From the human T2T-CHM13v2.0 reference genome, Homo sapiens: a stretch of DNA of 64,000 bases. Shown here one piece after another: positions 15,166 to 29,052 of this stretch. A model generated the notes under the pieces. The model saw nothing but the letters and a program-made list of their open reading frames with translations, did no database searches and was not told the origin of the DNA. The first letter of the stretch is position 1. Each line of letters opens with the position of its first letter. Location of the stretch: NCBI RefSeq assembly GCF_009914755.1, contig NC_060925.1. One strand, written 5' to 3'. The position numbers and the translations under genes were made by a program.

Positions 15166-15291
15166 GTAGCATTGCATAGTAGGGAAATCTCCAGCTGATC
15201 CAGGCTTGCATTCACAGGGTTTCAATATTAGGATGCTGAGATTCTGATAGGCAGAGAATTGTAGAGGGCTTATTACCATACAGAAGCTGCC

Positions 15292-15960
<669 letters not shown>

Positions 15961-17444
15961 CTTGGTGATGTTTAGGTAACATTCTGAAGCTAATTCAGTT
16001 TGCTTTTGCCAGCTGGGACTTACACATTTTGGTATCTATCAATAAGAACACGGAGACACAGGCATGACCTACTTTCTAACACGAGGCCAAGATAGCTTCA
16101 AAACCTCCGAACTTAAAAAATAGAGTCCACACCGTTCTCTGAAACTAATTCATGCTTTTTCGTCATTAAAATGATTTGCCGCAGCTGCTAATTGGTTCCC
16201 AACATCAAACCTTTAGCAAGGCCTACAGGAAGGACTTTCTCTTCTTAACAAATGACTCATAGGACCTGTGGGATTTTTGTTTTAACCAGACTTCAACTAT
16301 AAGAAAACTGGTGGACCTCCCTCCTACCCAGCCACCAAACTTTGAGAATTTACTTTCCCTTATGTAATGTAGTCATTTCAGAGATGAAACTCTTGAGTGA
16401 ACCCCATTTGCCTTTCCCTCAGTTCATCACAGTAGCTTTCTCTAAAAGGCCTTTCTGTTCAAAAGCTGTCTCAGGATTTGAAGGCCATGCTTACAAGCTG
16501 CAGTGGAGCTAATAGGTAGGTCTTCCATCATCACTGGGTTGTTGAGTTTAATCCATTAAATGTAAGCATTAATCACTTTATTTCATCAGCTGTGCTCCCA
16601 TCTGCTAATAGGTCAAGCTTGCCCTTGAAGCAATCCTTTGTTAGATATAATTCCATGAGTTGTAGGAGCAATTTAATTTTTGCAAGAAATCCTAAACATG
16701 TTTGAAGCTCAGTTGAGAATTTTCGTCTCTGCAAATGGACATGTGAGTCAGCAGAGCAGATACTGAGTGGAAAGCTGATGTTTCCCCTCCTATTATCCTT
16801 TTCCTCTCTAAATATCTAAGCATTTAGCAAGTAATCAATTTGATGCTGAATTTAACATTTCTTTTTGAGAGTGAAGGGGAATTTTGAGTGGCCCTCAGTA
16901 AAACTCCTGGGCCTAACTTTATTTTCCCTTACTTCAAGCACAAAATTTTTACTTTCTATGTTTTCTCCTCTCAAGCCTTTGGTCTTTACTGATTGAGAGA
17001 AAAGAGACCTAACGTTGTTTGATAGTGCTTTGTTTATACTGTGAAAGTAATAAAAATGTCTCCTATAGTAGAGCATTTCATAAAGGCAAAAGACTTTCAC
17101 TTGTGCAGTCTCATTTGCTTCTCTCAACCATCCTGTGGACATGTGTTAGGTGCAAAAAATCACCTGTCAGTGTGATACAGCAGGAGGGGCACTGGCAAGG
17201 AACTCAGAACCTGTGTTTTATTTCACTTCTGCTACTTTTAGGTTTTGGCTTCGAGCAACTCAGGGACCCTCTGTGGGTCTTGATTTCTCTGATGTAAAAT
17301 GGAATGTCTAGGCAGCAGGGTGAGTGTGGTGGTGTACCAGTCATGTCGACTTCTATACCCCTAGAATATCTAGTTATTTAAATGTCAGAACAGGAACCAG
17401 AACCCAGCTCTTCTGATTCCTAGCTGCTTTTCCATTCCACTATC

Positions 17445-18636
17445 TGTGGTAGGCAGAATAATGGCCCCTCAAAGCTGTGCACATTCTAATCTCTGGAACC
17501 TGTGAATGTGTTACCTTACATGATGTATTGAGCAGGGTTCTCCAGAGAATCGGAACCAGCAAGTTCTCTCTCTCTTTCTCTCTTCTCTCTCTCTCTCTCA
17601 CTACATCTATATATAAACACACACAGATATGTATATGTAATGTATATGTATGTGTTTGTGTTGTGTGTATTTGTGTATACATATAAAGATTTATTATAAG
17701 AATTGGCTCATGCAATTATGGAGGCTGAGAAGTTTCACAATCTATCATCTGCAAGCTGGAAAACCAGGAAAGCTAGTGGTATAATTCCATTTGAGTCTGT
17801 GGGCCTGAGAATCAGATGAGGGGTTCCTAGTGTAACTCCCAAAGTCTGAAGGTCTGAGAACCAGGAGCTCCAATGTCTGAGGGTAGGAACAGATGGATTC
17901 CGCCTCAAGAAGAAAGAGAGTAAACTCATCCTTCCTCTGTCTTTTTTTTTTTTGGTGTGTGTGTGTGTGTCGGGGGGGGGGGTTATTTTGTTTTGCTTTG
18001 TTTTGTTTTTGTATTCAGGCCCTCAGAGGATTGGATGATATCCACCTACATTGGTGAGGGTGGATCTTCTTTACTGGGTCTACAAATTCAAATACAAATC
18101 TCTTTCGCAAACACCTTTACAGGCACACCCAGAAATAAAATTTTATCAGCTATCTGGGCATCCCTTAACCTAGTCAGGTTGACATATAAATTCAACCATC
18201 TCACAGGGCAAAGGAATTCTGCAGATGTGATTAAGTGAAGAATTTTGACATAGGCAGATTATCCTGGATTATTCAAATGTCCCTAATGTCATCACAATGG
18301 TCTTTGTAAGAGGGAGGCAGGATCAGTCAGAGGGAGAAAATGTAAGGATGGAAGCAGAGGTCAGGAAGGAGAAATGATGATACACTACTGGCTTTAAACG
18401 TGGAGAGTGAGGCATTGAGGCTAGGAATGTAGGTGTCCTCTAGAAGCTGGAAAAAGTAAGAAAAATGATCCTCTCCCAGAGGCTCCAGAAGGAATGTAGC
18501 GCTATAGACATCTCAATTTTAGCCCACTGAAATGGATTTTGGACTTCTGACCTTCAGAAATGCAAGATAAATTCCTGTTGTTTCAAGCCACTAAATTTGC
18601 GATAATTTGTTATAGGAGCAATAGGAAACAAATACA
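17445..18636 (+). mobile_element. MLT1D LTR split by an MLT2 insertion
   Basis: ...gaatgtgttaccttacatg | ggcaaaaggaattctgcagatgtgattaag...caataggaaacaaataca. Confidence 0.85.
17524..18205 (-). mobile_element. MLT2B-like ERVL LTR with CT/TA/TG microsatellites
   Basis: tgtattgagcagggttctccagagaa...aattggctcatgcaattatggaggctgagaag...ttgacatataaattcaaccatc. Confidence 0.9.
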
Positions 18637-19584
18637 CTACCCCATTCTTCAAGCAACTGAAATTTTTCAAGATATTGCTATCACTTACATTGATTTTATA
18701 TATATATCTTCTGTATGTTAGATGCTAAAGGAAATGCCACTTTTAAATAGCTTTATTTTCTACTCTCCCGATAGTCATTAAATTGAGGAGTTTGAGGAGG
18801 ACCCTAGCGGTCTCAGTTAATACAATTTACTTGATTAATTCAACTGGGAAACAATAGAGGATATAGATGATAAAAATAATTATAGCTGTGGAAGACAGAA
18901 TGGGAAGGGTGATACTGAAATCTTAATTCTTTCAAGAAAAAAAAATCTGATAGAAGATGGTACCAAAACTAGAGGAAACTAATTTGATAGTGCAATTATT
19001 TTTGTACATGTGAATTGTTCCCATGGATGGTGATTAAGGCCATAATGTCCATTTTAACTTTGGATACTAAAAACTTTTCTTACCAAAATTCCTTGAAATT
19101 TTCACATGATTGAAATTTGTTTGACAGAAGACATGCAGCTGATCTTAGAGAACATTTCTTGTGTAGTTAATTCCCAAGAAATAAAATTAATCTAAAACAA
19201 ATCATTTTACATTAAAATTGACATAACAAAGTAAATTGCTTTAAAGCAGTGGAAGGATGACTGAATAGGAGACAGAAGTGTATTTTGACTAAAGAGCAAG
19301 CCCACGTAGATTAAATATAATTTCTTTATTATAAAAAAGGAACTTCATAAGCAGGAACTTCATAAGCATATCAGCATCTTTTGTGCTTTTTAATAATTTT
19401 TTTATGGTTAAATTTTAATTTATTTGGTGAAAACACCAGTGGAAGCACCATTTCTCTTGCATGCTCTCAATTTCCTCAGCTCCCTTGGGCCTCAGAGTAG
19501 TGACTTAATAAAAATGTAAGCACCTGGTGTCTTAGCCAAAGGCCCTCTGTAGGGAGGGAACTAGAGCTTTGGGGGAACTAGAGC

Positions 19585-19810
19585 TTTGGGGAAGCAGTTG
19601 GTTCCGGAATCTGATTGTGTGGAGTTGAATCTCGCTCTGCCATTTTCTAATTGTGCACCACTGGGCAAATCTCTTCACTGTAATGGGTCCTTTTTTCTTC
19701 ACATTTAAAATAAGGACATAAAATCAATATTTCCCTCACAGATTACATATCTTGATATGTAACGACTTAATGTACTCTTGGGCACATGATCAACATTCAA
19801 TAAACCAGAG
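19585..19810 (+). mobile_element. MIR
   Basis: ttgaatctcgctctgccatttt...ctgggcaaatctctt...cacatttaaaataagga. Confidence 0.65.
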
Positions 19811-20419
19811 ATATTGTCCTCATTCAAGTATTGTTGTCAAGTCTTCTGTAGATATTTCAAAACTGCTGCACCAGTTTCTCCCCTCATTGATTCTCCTGTT
19901 GTGCCATAGTACTATTTACAGCAGCGAAAGCCATTGTCCCTTGTTCAGCCTTGCTTGATCCATCTGAAATTGTCCTGTTCTTCCCTCTTTAAATATCTTA
20001 TAATCTCCTTTTATTCATCAAAGTGTAATTAGATGAAGTCTGAATTCTTTACCTTTGTTCTGAAACAAGCTTGTGTTTGTTTGTATGCTTAACTAGAATG
20101 TCTTTCAACCAATGTTAGACATATTACATTTGTGATCTCAAATCTCAAATCGGATGTTGCCGCTATCCAGCATGTCTACTAAACTCCTCAGTGTGTTCAC
20201 TTTCTCATTCGCCAAAATGACAAATACATGCCTGCTTTCCTACTCAAACATCCTATACCAAACTCTCCTTTCCCCCCTTCCTAGCTTATAAACTTGGGCC
20301 ATTTTAAAAAACACACATTTAGAAGCTACCCCAGTCTTCTTTCTATGAAATCTACCGATCCATTTGTGTCCCTAGCACACTTTCAGCTTTTCATCCTGTG
20401 AATACTCACTAAGGTATGT

Positions 20420-20790
20420 TGACTGCTGAGAGGAAATGCTCAGCGTCTCAGTGGCTTCTCCCATGATAGTTTGCTTATCGCTCACTTGAAGTCCATGCAT
20501 CTGTTCCTGGTCATGTAGCTTTCCTGGACAGCTTCTCTTCAAGCAATGCTTTAGAGATTCAGATCACTTTCTTGATATGAGGTCATCTGCAACATGTGGC
20601 TTCTGTGATCACCATAGAGGCAAAAGATGGTGGAGAAGGCATAACTGCTTCAGCTCAGAAGTGACACTTTCTTTCTTTATTCCCTCTGTGGGAATCAATC
20701 TCATGGCCCTACCTGGGAGAAAGACAGCTGTAAACAATAGTTGTCTGATGGGGAAGAGGAGCTGCCTTGGTTGCATGGTCAGTCACATTA
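20420..20790. mobile_element. Old MaLR (MLT1-like) LTR fragment; source of the copy at 28581-28783
   Basis: tctcagtggctt...ttatcgctcac...cagaagtgacac motifs. Confidence 0.45.
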
Positions 20791-21441
20791 TGAATGAATT
20801 CTTGTTCGTATAAAATGCAACTCCTTCTTCACTCGAGTTCTGTGCTCTATTCTCACTCAACTTATTGGACCTCCGTTCTGGAAATTATTACTTCTCCTGT
20901 TGAGCAATTTCTCTTCTTCTATTAGATCATTACTATTAGTATATAAACATGCTCTAATATCACCTACCATAAAAGACAAAAACATTGAAAAAGAACCCTT
21001 TTTTGGTCCCTTTTTCCTTTCCAACTACCACCTAATTTTTTAATAGCACTCAAACATCTTCAAACATAATCCCATTTCAATGTGCTTTCTGTTTCTTGGT
21101 AGTACACTAACTTATAGAAAAATTTGGTTTGGTAGAAACCAGCTTTTAACTTTTCCCCTCGTTCTCACTTGGCTACATTTTAGAACTTACCTTTTTTCCC
21201 CATTTTGTCTCTGATTTCCATTGTAATTTCCTTACCTGTAAGAATAAATGAATGTCTGTTTTTATCTTCATAATAAATTATACCTTTTAATAGTTAAGAA
21301 ATAAGAATTTCATAGGAATCCTTCAATATTTCTGCTAGAATAAATGTTATATTCATTTGTTTTCATTTAAACAAATCAAAAAAAGTAAAACAAATAAATG
21401 ACTAATTTTTATCTTCTTAAGCTAACTTTGGTGTGTACATG

Positions 21442-21813
21442 TGATATGGTTTGGCTGTGTCCTCACCCAAATCTCATCTTGAATGGTAGTTCCCATAATC
21501 CCCACATGTTCTGAGAGGACCTGGTGGGAGGTAATTGAATCATGGGGGCGTTTACCCTCATGCTGTTCTCATGATAGTGAGTGAGTTCTCATGAGTTCTT
21601 ATGATTATATAAAGGACTTTTCCCCCTTTTGCTCAGCACTTTTCCACGTTGTTGGCATGTGAAGAAGGACGTGTTTGCTTTCCCTTCCACCATGTAAGTT
21701 TCCTGAGGCTTCTCCAGCCATGCTGAACTGTGAGTCAATTAAACCTCTTTCCTTTATAAATTACCCAGTCTCGGGTATGCCTTTATTAGCAGTGTGAGAA
21801 CAGACTAATTACA
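21442..21813 (+). mobile_element. THE1 solo LTR
   Basis: tgatatggtttggctgtgtcc...cagactaattaca with a perfect 5-bp TSD acatg. Confidence 0.95.
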
Positions 21814-23430
21814 ACATGGTACACTGGACCTTTGGCCTCTCCATTTCTTCCTGCTCCTCCCACACTGGCCAGCATGCTGCCCTTTTGCATGTTTAGTAAG
21901 TGACATATTGAAGAAGGAAATGTACTGACTATTTGCTTCTTGTTGGCAAGACTAATAAAAGTCACTCTAGTAAAATTGTGATGCATTTGCCTAAAATGAG
22001 GCTTTCTGGATTACAAGCAGATTTCATTTATCATAATATCCCTGTCCTCCATAACCATGAGTAACATAATTGACTCTGATTTAATCCTCTATTTCAAATA
22101 TGCAGGTCATTCCAGAGTTAAACTCCTGTAAGTAAGAAAAATGAATATTGCTGTAATTGAATAGCTAAATTGGCAGAGCATTCAACATGAGATAAATTAG
22201 GAAGAAATTGACAGTAAGAACTATCTTTTCCCTGACACCAGAAGCACAACATGAAGAAAGCCAATTAAATCGAACATCTCATCAACCCATTAACAAGTGT
22301 AGAATTACACTTTAGGGTTTATTTTTCCAACGCAACACTTCATTTAAAGCACAGTGTTAGGGAACTGGAGATATATTTTTAAATACACACACACATATGT
22401 GTGTGCATATATATCTATATTTTAACTTATAATAAACATACATGTATCTATATTTTAACTTGACAGTCTAAATAATTTGTTACTATTCAGCTTGGAGATT
22501 TAAAACAAATTAAGCCAAGCTATAAAAATATTATCCATGATATACCAGATAAGGGTAGCACACTACAACCTTCCATTATACATTAATAACATGTTGATCT
22601 CTGACCATACCAGAGTTAAAACCAACTGGGAATCTGAGTGACTTTAAATAGGACATGCACTCTTTTACACCCTCAAATTTCATTCATTTATATTCTCTGA
22701 CCCCTGAAGTTGTTTGAGTTTATACTATCTGTTTCAGATAATTCAGGTCTTCATGAAATAATTCAAAGCCCCATCTGCTATTTCTTTGGCAGGGGTTGGG
22801 CGTCAATTGAAACTACCACAGTTCCTCACCTAACCCACCTGAGGTGTAATTTTAATAGCCAAAAGACGAGAGCAAAGTATTATGTACTAGAGCATGGCTT
22901 AGAAATAAAAGGACCTGAGGGAAGAAAAAAGAAAACATAGCGAAAGTTTAATTCCGTTCTTTGAACTCTTCCAGACTAAACAAGACAGAACAAACTCCCT
23001 TTTCCCTTGATAAAAAGGTAAATAGTATAATTAAACACTTATCCAAAGAAAAGTGTTTATATAAAATATAAAATACTTATCCAAAGAAAATATAAAATCC
23101 TATTTACTTATCTGTTTCTAAGTTCTAGGTATCATCCTTACCACTGAAGCTATAAAGACAAGCAAGACTCTCATTCATTCAGTCATCATTCAATCATTTA
23201 CACATATGTATTTACTATGACTAGGGTTTTGGGTAGCATAGTGAGCAAAACCAGAAATGGATCCTGCCTTTGTGAAGTATACAGTCCCTAGGGCTTTGGG
23301 AGGCTGGGGTGAGGGAATGACTTTAGGCCAGGAGTTTGAGACCAGCCTGGGCAACATAGTGAGACCCATGTCTCTAAAAAATATTTTAAAAACTTAGCTG
23401 GGCATGGTGGTGCATGCCTGCAGTCCTAAT

Positions 23431-24175
23431 TGAAAGGAGTCAGTCAGCTTGCTTTAGGCAAATAGGAAGGAAGGGGTTCCCGGAGAACCTCCAACCTGTG
23501 TTTTGTGCAAATAAGGCAACCTGCACAGGAGCTTGCCTAAACATGCCCACAGCCGACTAAGGTCCTGTATGTGCACTGGGGGAATGGGGTGGTGACACCA
23601 GGAATTCGCGCCTTATACAAATAGGGAATCCAGCCCCATTGGCTTATATGTAAAAGCCCTTGTATTCAACTGTTAAGGAGGTAACAAGGACCCTGCTTTC
23701 AGGTCCCCACTCTTTGCTGACAGCTTTACTTTCACTTAATAAACTCTACTCCAGGACCGGGTACAGTGACTCACGCCTGTAATCCCACCACTTTGGGAGG
23801 ATGAGGCGGGCAGATCACAAAATCAGGAGATCGAGACCATCCTGGCTAACATGGTGAAACCCCGTCTCTACTAAAAATACAAAATATTAGCCAGGTGTGG
23901 TGGTGGGTGCCTGTAGTACCAGCTACTCAGGAGGCTGAGGTAGGAGAATTGGAAGGCGATTGAACCTGGGAGGCAGAGGTTGCCATGAGCCGAGATTGCA
24001 CCACTGCACTCCAGCCTGAGCGACAGAGCGAGTCTCTGTCTCAAAATAAATAAAGAAATAAAATAAAATAAATAAACTCTACTCCACTCACTCTCCGGTG
24101 TCCGTGTGCCTAATTTTTCCTGGTTGTGAGACAAGAACCTGCACCTAGCTGAGCTAAGGAGTAAAATATCCTGCA
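23431..24175 (+). mobile_element. ERV1 (MER4-group-like) solo LTR
   Basis: TG...CA ends, 4-bp TSD taat, AATAAA, and a U5-like ttcctggttgtgagacaagaacc. Confidence 0.8.
23754..24070 (+). mobile_element. AluSc-like element inserted at the LTR poly(A) signal
   Basis: 16-bp TSD aataaactctactcca (23738-23753 and 24071-24086). Confidence 0.95.
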
Positions 24176-25739
24176 TAATTTCTACTTGAGAGGCTAAGGC
24201 AGGAGGATCGCTTGAGCCCAAGAGTTCAAGGTTGCAGTGAGCTATGCTTATAGCACTGTACTCCAGCCTGGCTGAACAAGCAAGACCCCTATGCAAAAAA
24301 TAACAATAATAATAATAAGTGTACAGTCTAGCTTGTGAACTGTATCTAGGTGATACAAGTGAAATTAACATATGCAATGAAATAAATGCTCAAGTGGTGG
24401 TCAAATGAAAGTCTATAATAGGGAGATTTGACTCAGGGAAGTCAGAAAATGTCTTCCCTGAGAAAGTGATACTTGAGCTGAGAGTTCAAGGATAAACAGG
24501 CATTGAGTAGATAAAGCCAGGTATTTTTGATGAATAGACATTGGCAGGTTGAGCTCAGAATTTGGATCTCCATCATTAGATTAACAGGAAATAATTGCTA
24601 GAATTTAAACATAAGTAATAGTGAAGTTTTTTATTTTCAGAAAGAATACTCTGAGTGAAATGTTGAGAATAGTCAGAGTATCTGCAGCCAACCTGGTTAG
24701 AATGCTATAGATTCAGTCTATATAAGAGATGGCTATTGCTTGGACTTTGGTGGAGATAACAGAAGTGAGGATTCAGAAGGTAAAATCTAAATTTTGTGAT
24801 AGGGTGAAGTGGGAAAAGGTGAGTGAGAGAGAAGAGCCAAGAATGATAGCTGGTTTCCAACTTTTTCAGCAGAAGCTCTTGTTTCTGTTCTTTGAGATGG
24901 GCAGTGCTGGAATCGGACTAGGATTTTTCTTGGAGGAGGCTGAGCTCATAAATGTGTTCTTTTGGACATATTTAAACATATTCTCAAAGATCCGAGTCTG
25001 ATGAGGGACACAGATAAACCTACACGTACAGTAAAATGCCACAGATGCTACAGTGGAGGTGTGTGAGAGGTGTGTGCTCACAGAACAGGAATGAAAAGCT
25101 TATTCTCCAGGCGTGGACAAGGCCTTTAGTGAGAGTAGCACCTGATCTAGGATTTCAAGGGTAAGCTGGAGCTTTCCAGGTGGATAAATGGGTATAGGGT
25201 TAAGGATGTAAAAGAAGACTTAAAAGGCTGTGAAAATAGTGCACGTTGGGCAATAAAAAGAATACAGAAATGGAACTACTTGATGTGTTCCAAAATTATG
25301 ACACGTTCCACACGTCTGAAGGAGTTTTGAAGGAATAGCAGGATATGAGGCTGAACATGTATGAGATATTAAAGTCTTTAAATTTGTGATGACTATGATT
25401 TATATCCAAACTGCTCTGCTTTTTAGGGTGAAAGTGAAAGCTATAAGTAATTTTGACAAGATAGTCAGTGTGAACTGAGACTGTCTGGGGAAAACTGGGA
25501 TGTGAAGCTACTCTACACTCTGAAAGTGACTGATTCCCAGAAGCCATGGGGAGCTGTCGGAGATCTTTTAAGCAGGGCAGGGAAGCAACTGGATGAAAAT
25601 TTTAGGAAGGTCATGTCACTGAGATACCTCTGTGCAAGTGGATACAGAATTGGCTTGGTCCTTTTAAGATCTAAATGATTATTATATAAATAAACCTTTT
25701 TATCATGTGGCTATCACATACTTTCTCAGGTTCTATTTA

Positions 25740-26081
<342 letters not shown>

Positions 26082-26432
26082 TTATTGTTTAAAGTGGCAA
26101 GATCATTTATTAAGGCATTTGAACATTAAGAACAAATGTGTATGTAAACTTGCATAAATCTTAGTCAGATATCTGGAGAGGACAACACAGTTTTAACCTA
26201 CTTTGGGGTTCTATAGCCATCTGCCACTCTCCATTGTGGTCCAGGCTAATCTATGTTTTCTAGTCCTTCTTCATAAGCACCTTTTGCCTAGTTGCAGGGC
26301 AAGCTTTCATATGTCTTGAATACCTGTGATTCTTACCCCATTGTTCTCTCCATAATCTGCGTTCTACCACTATTCTGGTATATTGTAGCATCACAATGAT
26401 GCTGTTTTGCTCTGTGTGTTAGCCAGAGGCTG

Positions 26433-26484
26433 GGGAGGGTAGAAAGGACTGCCAAGCAGGGAGGGTAGAAAGGACTGCCAAGCA
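26433..26484. repeat. Perfect 26-bp tandem duplication
   Basis: gggagggtagaaaggactgccaagca x2. Confidence 0.95.
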
Positions 26485-28289
26485 GAGAAAGAAACATGAA
26501 TCAGAACCAGCTAATACAGGATGGGAGAGTACATGTGCCATTATCAAACACACAGAGGAGTGAATAAGAAGCAAAGGTAGCAGATATTAAGAACTAAGCT
26601 TTGGAGATATTGATATACTTTGAGTCCAGAGAAGGAGCTAAGATGAGAAGCTGGGGGAGTCCGTGTTGTGGAAAAGGGCATAGTTGGGTTGGCGTGTGCA
26701 TTCATTCTCAGTTTCTGCCCTGACAGAATGTTTGCACGTTTTTGCAAGTCCTTAAATTCTTCAATTTCATTCAAACTGTGTCCCTCAGTCAAGGTGCCTC
26801 CAGGGACCTTGGCCACCCCCTTGATTGCGCCATGAAAACATCCCCCCTTTTACCTTTGCCAGCTGTTTTCTCCCGCTAACTCTACTCTTTATTGCCTCTC
26901 TCACCCCTGATCTGTCATCTCTATTGCTCTAGTCTATCAATTGCCAAGTCTATATTTAACCACAGGTAAGCACCTCTTCTAACTGATAGTCATTTAAAAA
27001 AGCATTTTGCAGCATTTCTATACCATGCCTTATAATTGTTACGCAATTTGTTTTTCATGCCTCTCAAAGGACGAATCCTATTTTCCATGATAGCATATTT
27101 TACTATCCCCACAAAAAGAGAATGAAGCAATTTGATTTGAACATTTAGAAGCTTTTCCTTCTTCTTAAAATTCCCCAGTATCATTACCATTAATTTAATT
27201 ACTCTACCTTTCTTGTTTCAAAAAAAAAAAAAAAAAAAGAGAAAGAGGTGTTTTCCATTCTAAAGTTTAGTCACCTGCTTGTGCTTTAGCTACTCTGGAC
27301 CTATATCCACCAAACATTCTCCTTTTTTTCTATTAAATCTTAAACTTTGCTTTGCCCCTGGCTCTGTACCAAGCTGTTCGAGTTTTCTCCCTCCTTTCCT
27401 CTGTACACAGGCACAAAAACTTCCCTTGATTTTAGCAAGCTTCCCTTTGAGGTCATCACCTTTTCTTTCCCTTTAACCACCTGCTTTCTTACAACAGTTT
27501 TACATAATGTCTTCTCTTTTCTCTCCTTAGAAAATCAACATAACAGAAATATTTTCCCTTCTAGCATGCTCCTCATTTTAACTGCACGTTCTCATTATAT
27601 CAGCAAGTAAGATTGTTCATATCTTTTCCGTTTGTTCTTCCCATGTTTTCAGGGCTTTGGTGTCTCTCCTCACTGAAGTGGGAATTGTCATGATAAAATA
27701 TGACAATATAGATAGCATTTGAGTTAAAGAGGAAGGAAACATATGGGTAGTTGACAACACACATATGTCACTTACGCCAGGACCACACTGGAGAAGCCAG
27801 TTCTCTCAACTACGGTCACTGGTTTTATACAAGATCAAGCTAATTCTTTTTTAGGTGGGTTTGGGAAATGACTTTGAGCAAATGTATTTATTCTCAGTGT
27901 ATTTTCAACAGATAGTTTTGTTCCAAAAAATAATCTTGTGGCTGTTCTTCTAGACAAAGCAGAATCACTAATAGGTATTTGAAGGTCTGATCTGCCCACG
28001 GCATAAGCATACAGCTGTTGGGCCAACAGGTCTGTAGTTAGTAAATGAGGCAAAGGTCAACTGAAATGTCTTTTATGTAGTATCTAAGCCTGGAAAGAAC
28101 CCGGACAGAACAAAGAAGACCCGTTAGCACAGCAGCAATCCCAAGTGGGGATGAGTCCAAGGGCTCCGGACTTATTCCCTGAGACGCTAAGGCTCAACTT
28201 CTGTACTTATTTTTCTTCTTATTTGAAAAGCCTCAGTGACTCGTCATTCTCTGTTTTTAATCTTTTGCCACAGGGGAGAAGCTCCTTTA

Positions 28290-28493
28290 AAAATATATAT
28301 ATATTATATATATATATACACACACATATATAATTTTTGAGAAAAAAATATATATACACATTTTTGAGGAAAAAATATAATACATATGTATTTTTTGAGG
28401 AAAAATATGTATACATATATATTTTTTGAGGAAAAGTATGTATACATATATATTTTTTGAGGAAAAAGTATATATACATATATATTTTTTGAG
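28290..28493. repeat. (TA)n-derived minisatellite with about 6 units of ~29-31 bp
   Basis: Repeated tttttgaggaaaaa(g)tatRtatacatatata ending in ttttttgagacggagt. Confidence 0.9.
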
Positions 28494-28500
28494 ACGGAGT

Positions 28501-28783
28501 TATAATTGTTACTTGATTTGTTTTTCATGCCTCTCAAAGGCACCTAATCTGCCTGAAGTGTAATTTTAATACCTTTAATACTCTTCAAGCAATGCTTTAG
28601 AGATTCAGATCATTTTCTTGATGTGAGGTCATCTGCAGCATGTGGCTTCTGTGGTCACCACAGAGGCAAAAGATGGTGGAGGAGGCATAACTGCTTCAGC
28701 TCAGAAATGACACTTTATTTTTTTGTTCCTTTTGTGGGAATCAATCTCATGGCCCTACCTGGAAGAAAGACAGCGTAAACAAT
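28501..28783 (+). other. Composite insertion of local sequence copies (from 27031-27070, 22827-22857 and 20535-20738)
   Basis: Aligned by eye: 37/40, 27/31 and about 190/204 identities. Confidence 0.85.
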
Positions 28784-29052
28784 TGTTCTCTTTTTCTTTT
28801 TTTTTTTTTTTTTTTTGAGACAGAGTCTCGCTCCGTCACCCAGGCTGGAGTGCAGTGGCATGATCTTTGTCACTACAACTTCTGCCTCCCAGGTTCAAAC
28901 AATTCTCCTGCCTCAGCCTCGCAAGTAGCTGGGGTTACAGGTGCCGGCCACCACGCCCAGCTAGTTTTTGTATTTTTGTGTGTGTGTGTGTGTGTGTTTC
29001 TATTTTTATTTGTTTCAAGGAATTTAACATTTTTAAAACTTTTTTCATTTTT

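Larger units (their letters stand above)
23290..24317 (+). mobile_element. AluJ split by an LTR (pieces ~23290-23430 and 24180-24317)
   Basis: Alu sequence breaks at gcctgcagtcc and resumes at ctacttgagaggc. TSD-like aagtRtacagtc. Confidence 0.85.
23170..24900 (-). mobile_element. L2 remnant hosting a nested AluJ/LTR/Alu
   Basis: tcattcattcagtcat...cctgcctttgtgaagtatacagtc...cttccctgagaaagtgatacttgagctgaga. Confidence 0.7.

Noticed and set aside
21280-21292. Possible fourth donor (ataccttttaata) for the filler at 28569-28580
   Set aside because: It fits the upstream-stepping order but is too short and AT-rich. Local duplication of tttaata explains it equally well.
23871-24377. Longest ORF in the window (168 aa)
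   Set aside because: It is antisense Alu/LTR translation ([14 protein letters not shown]-type Alu peptide).
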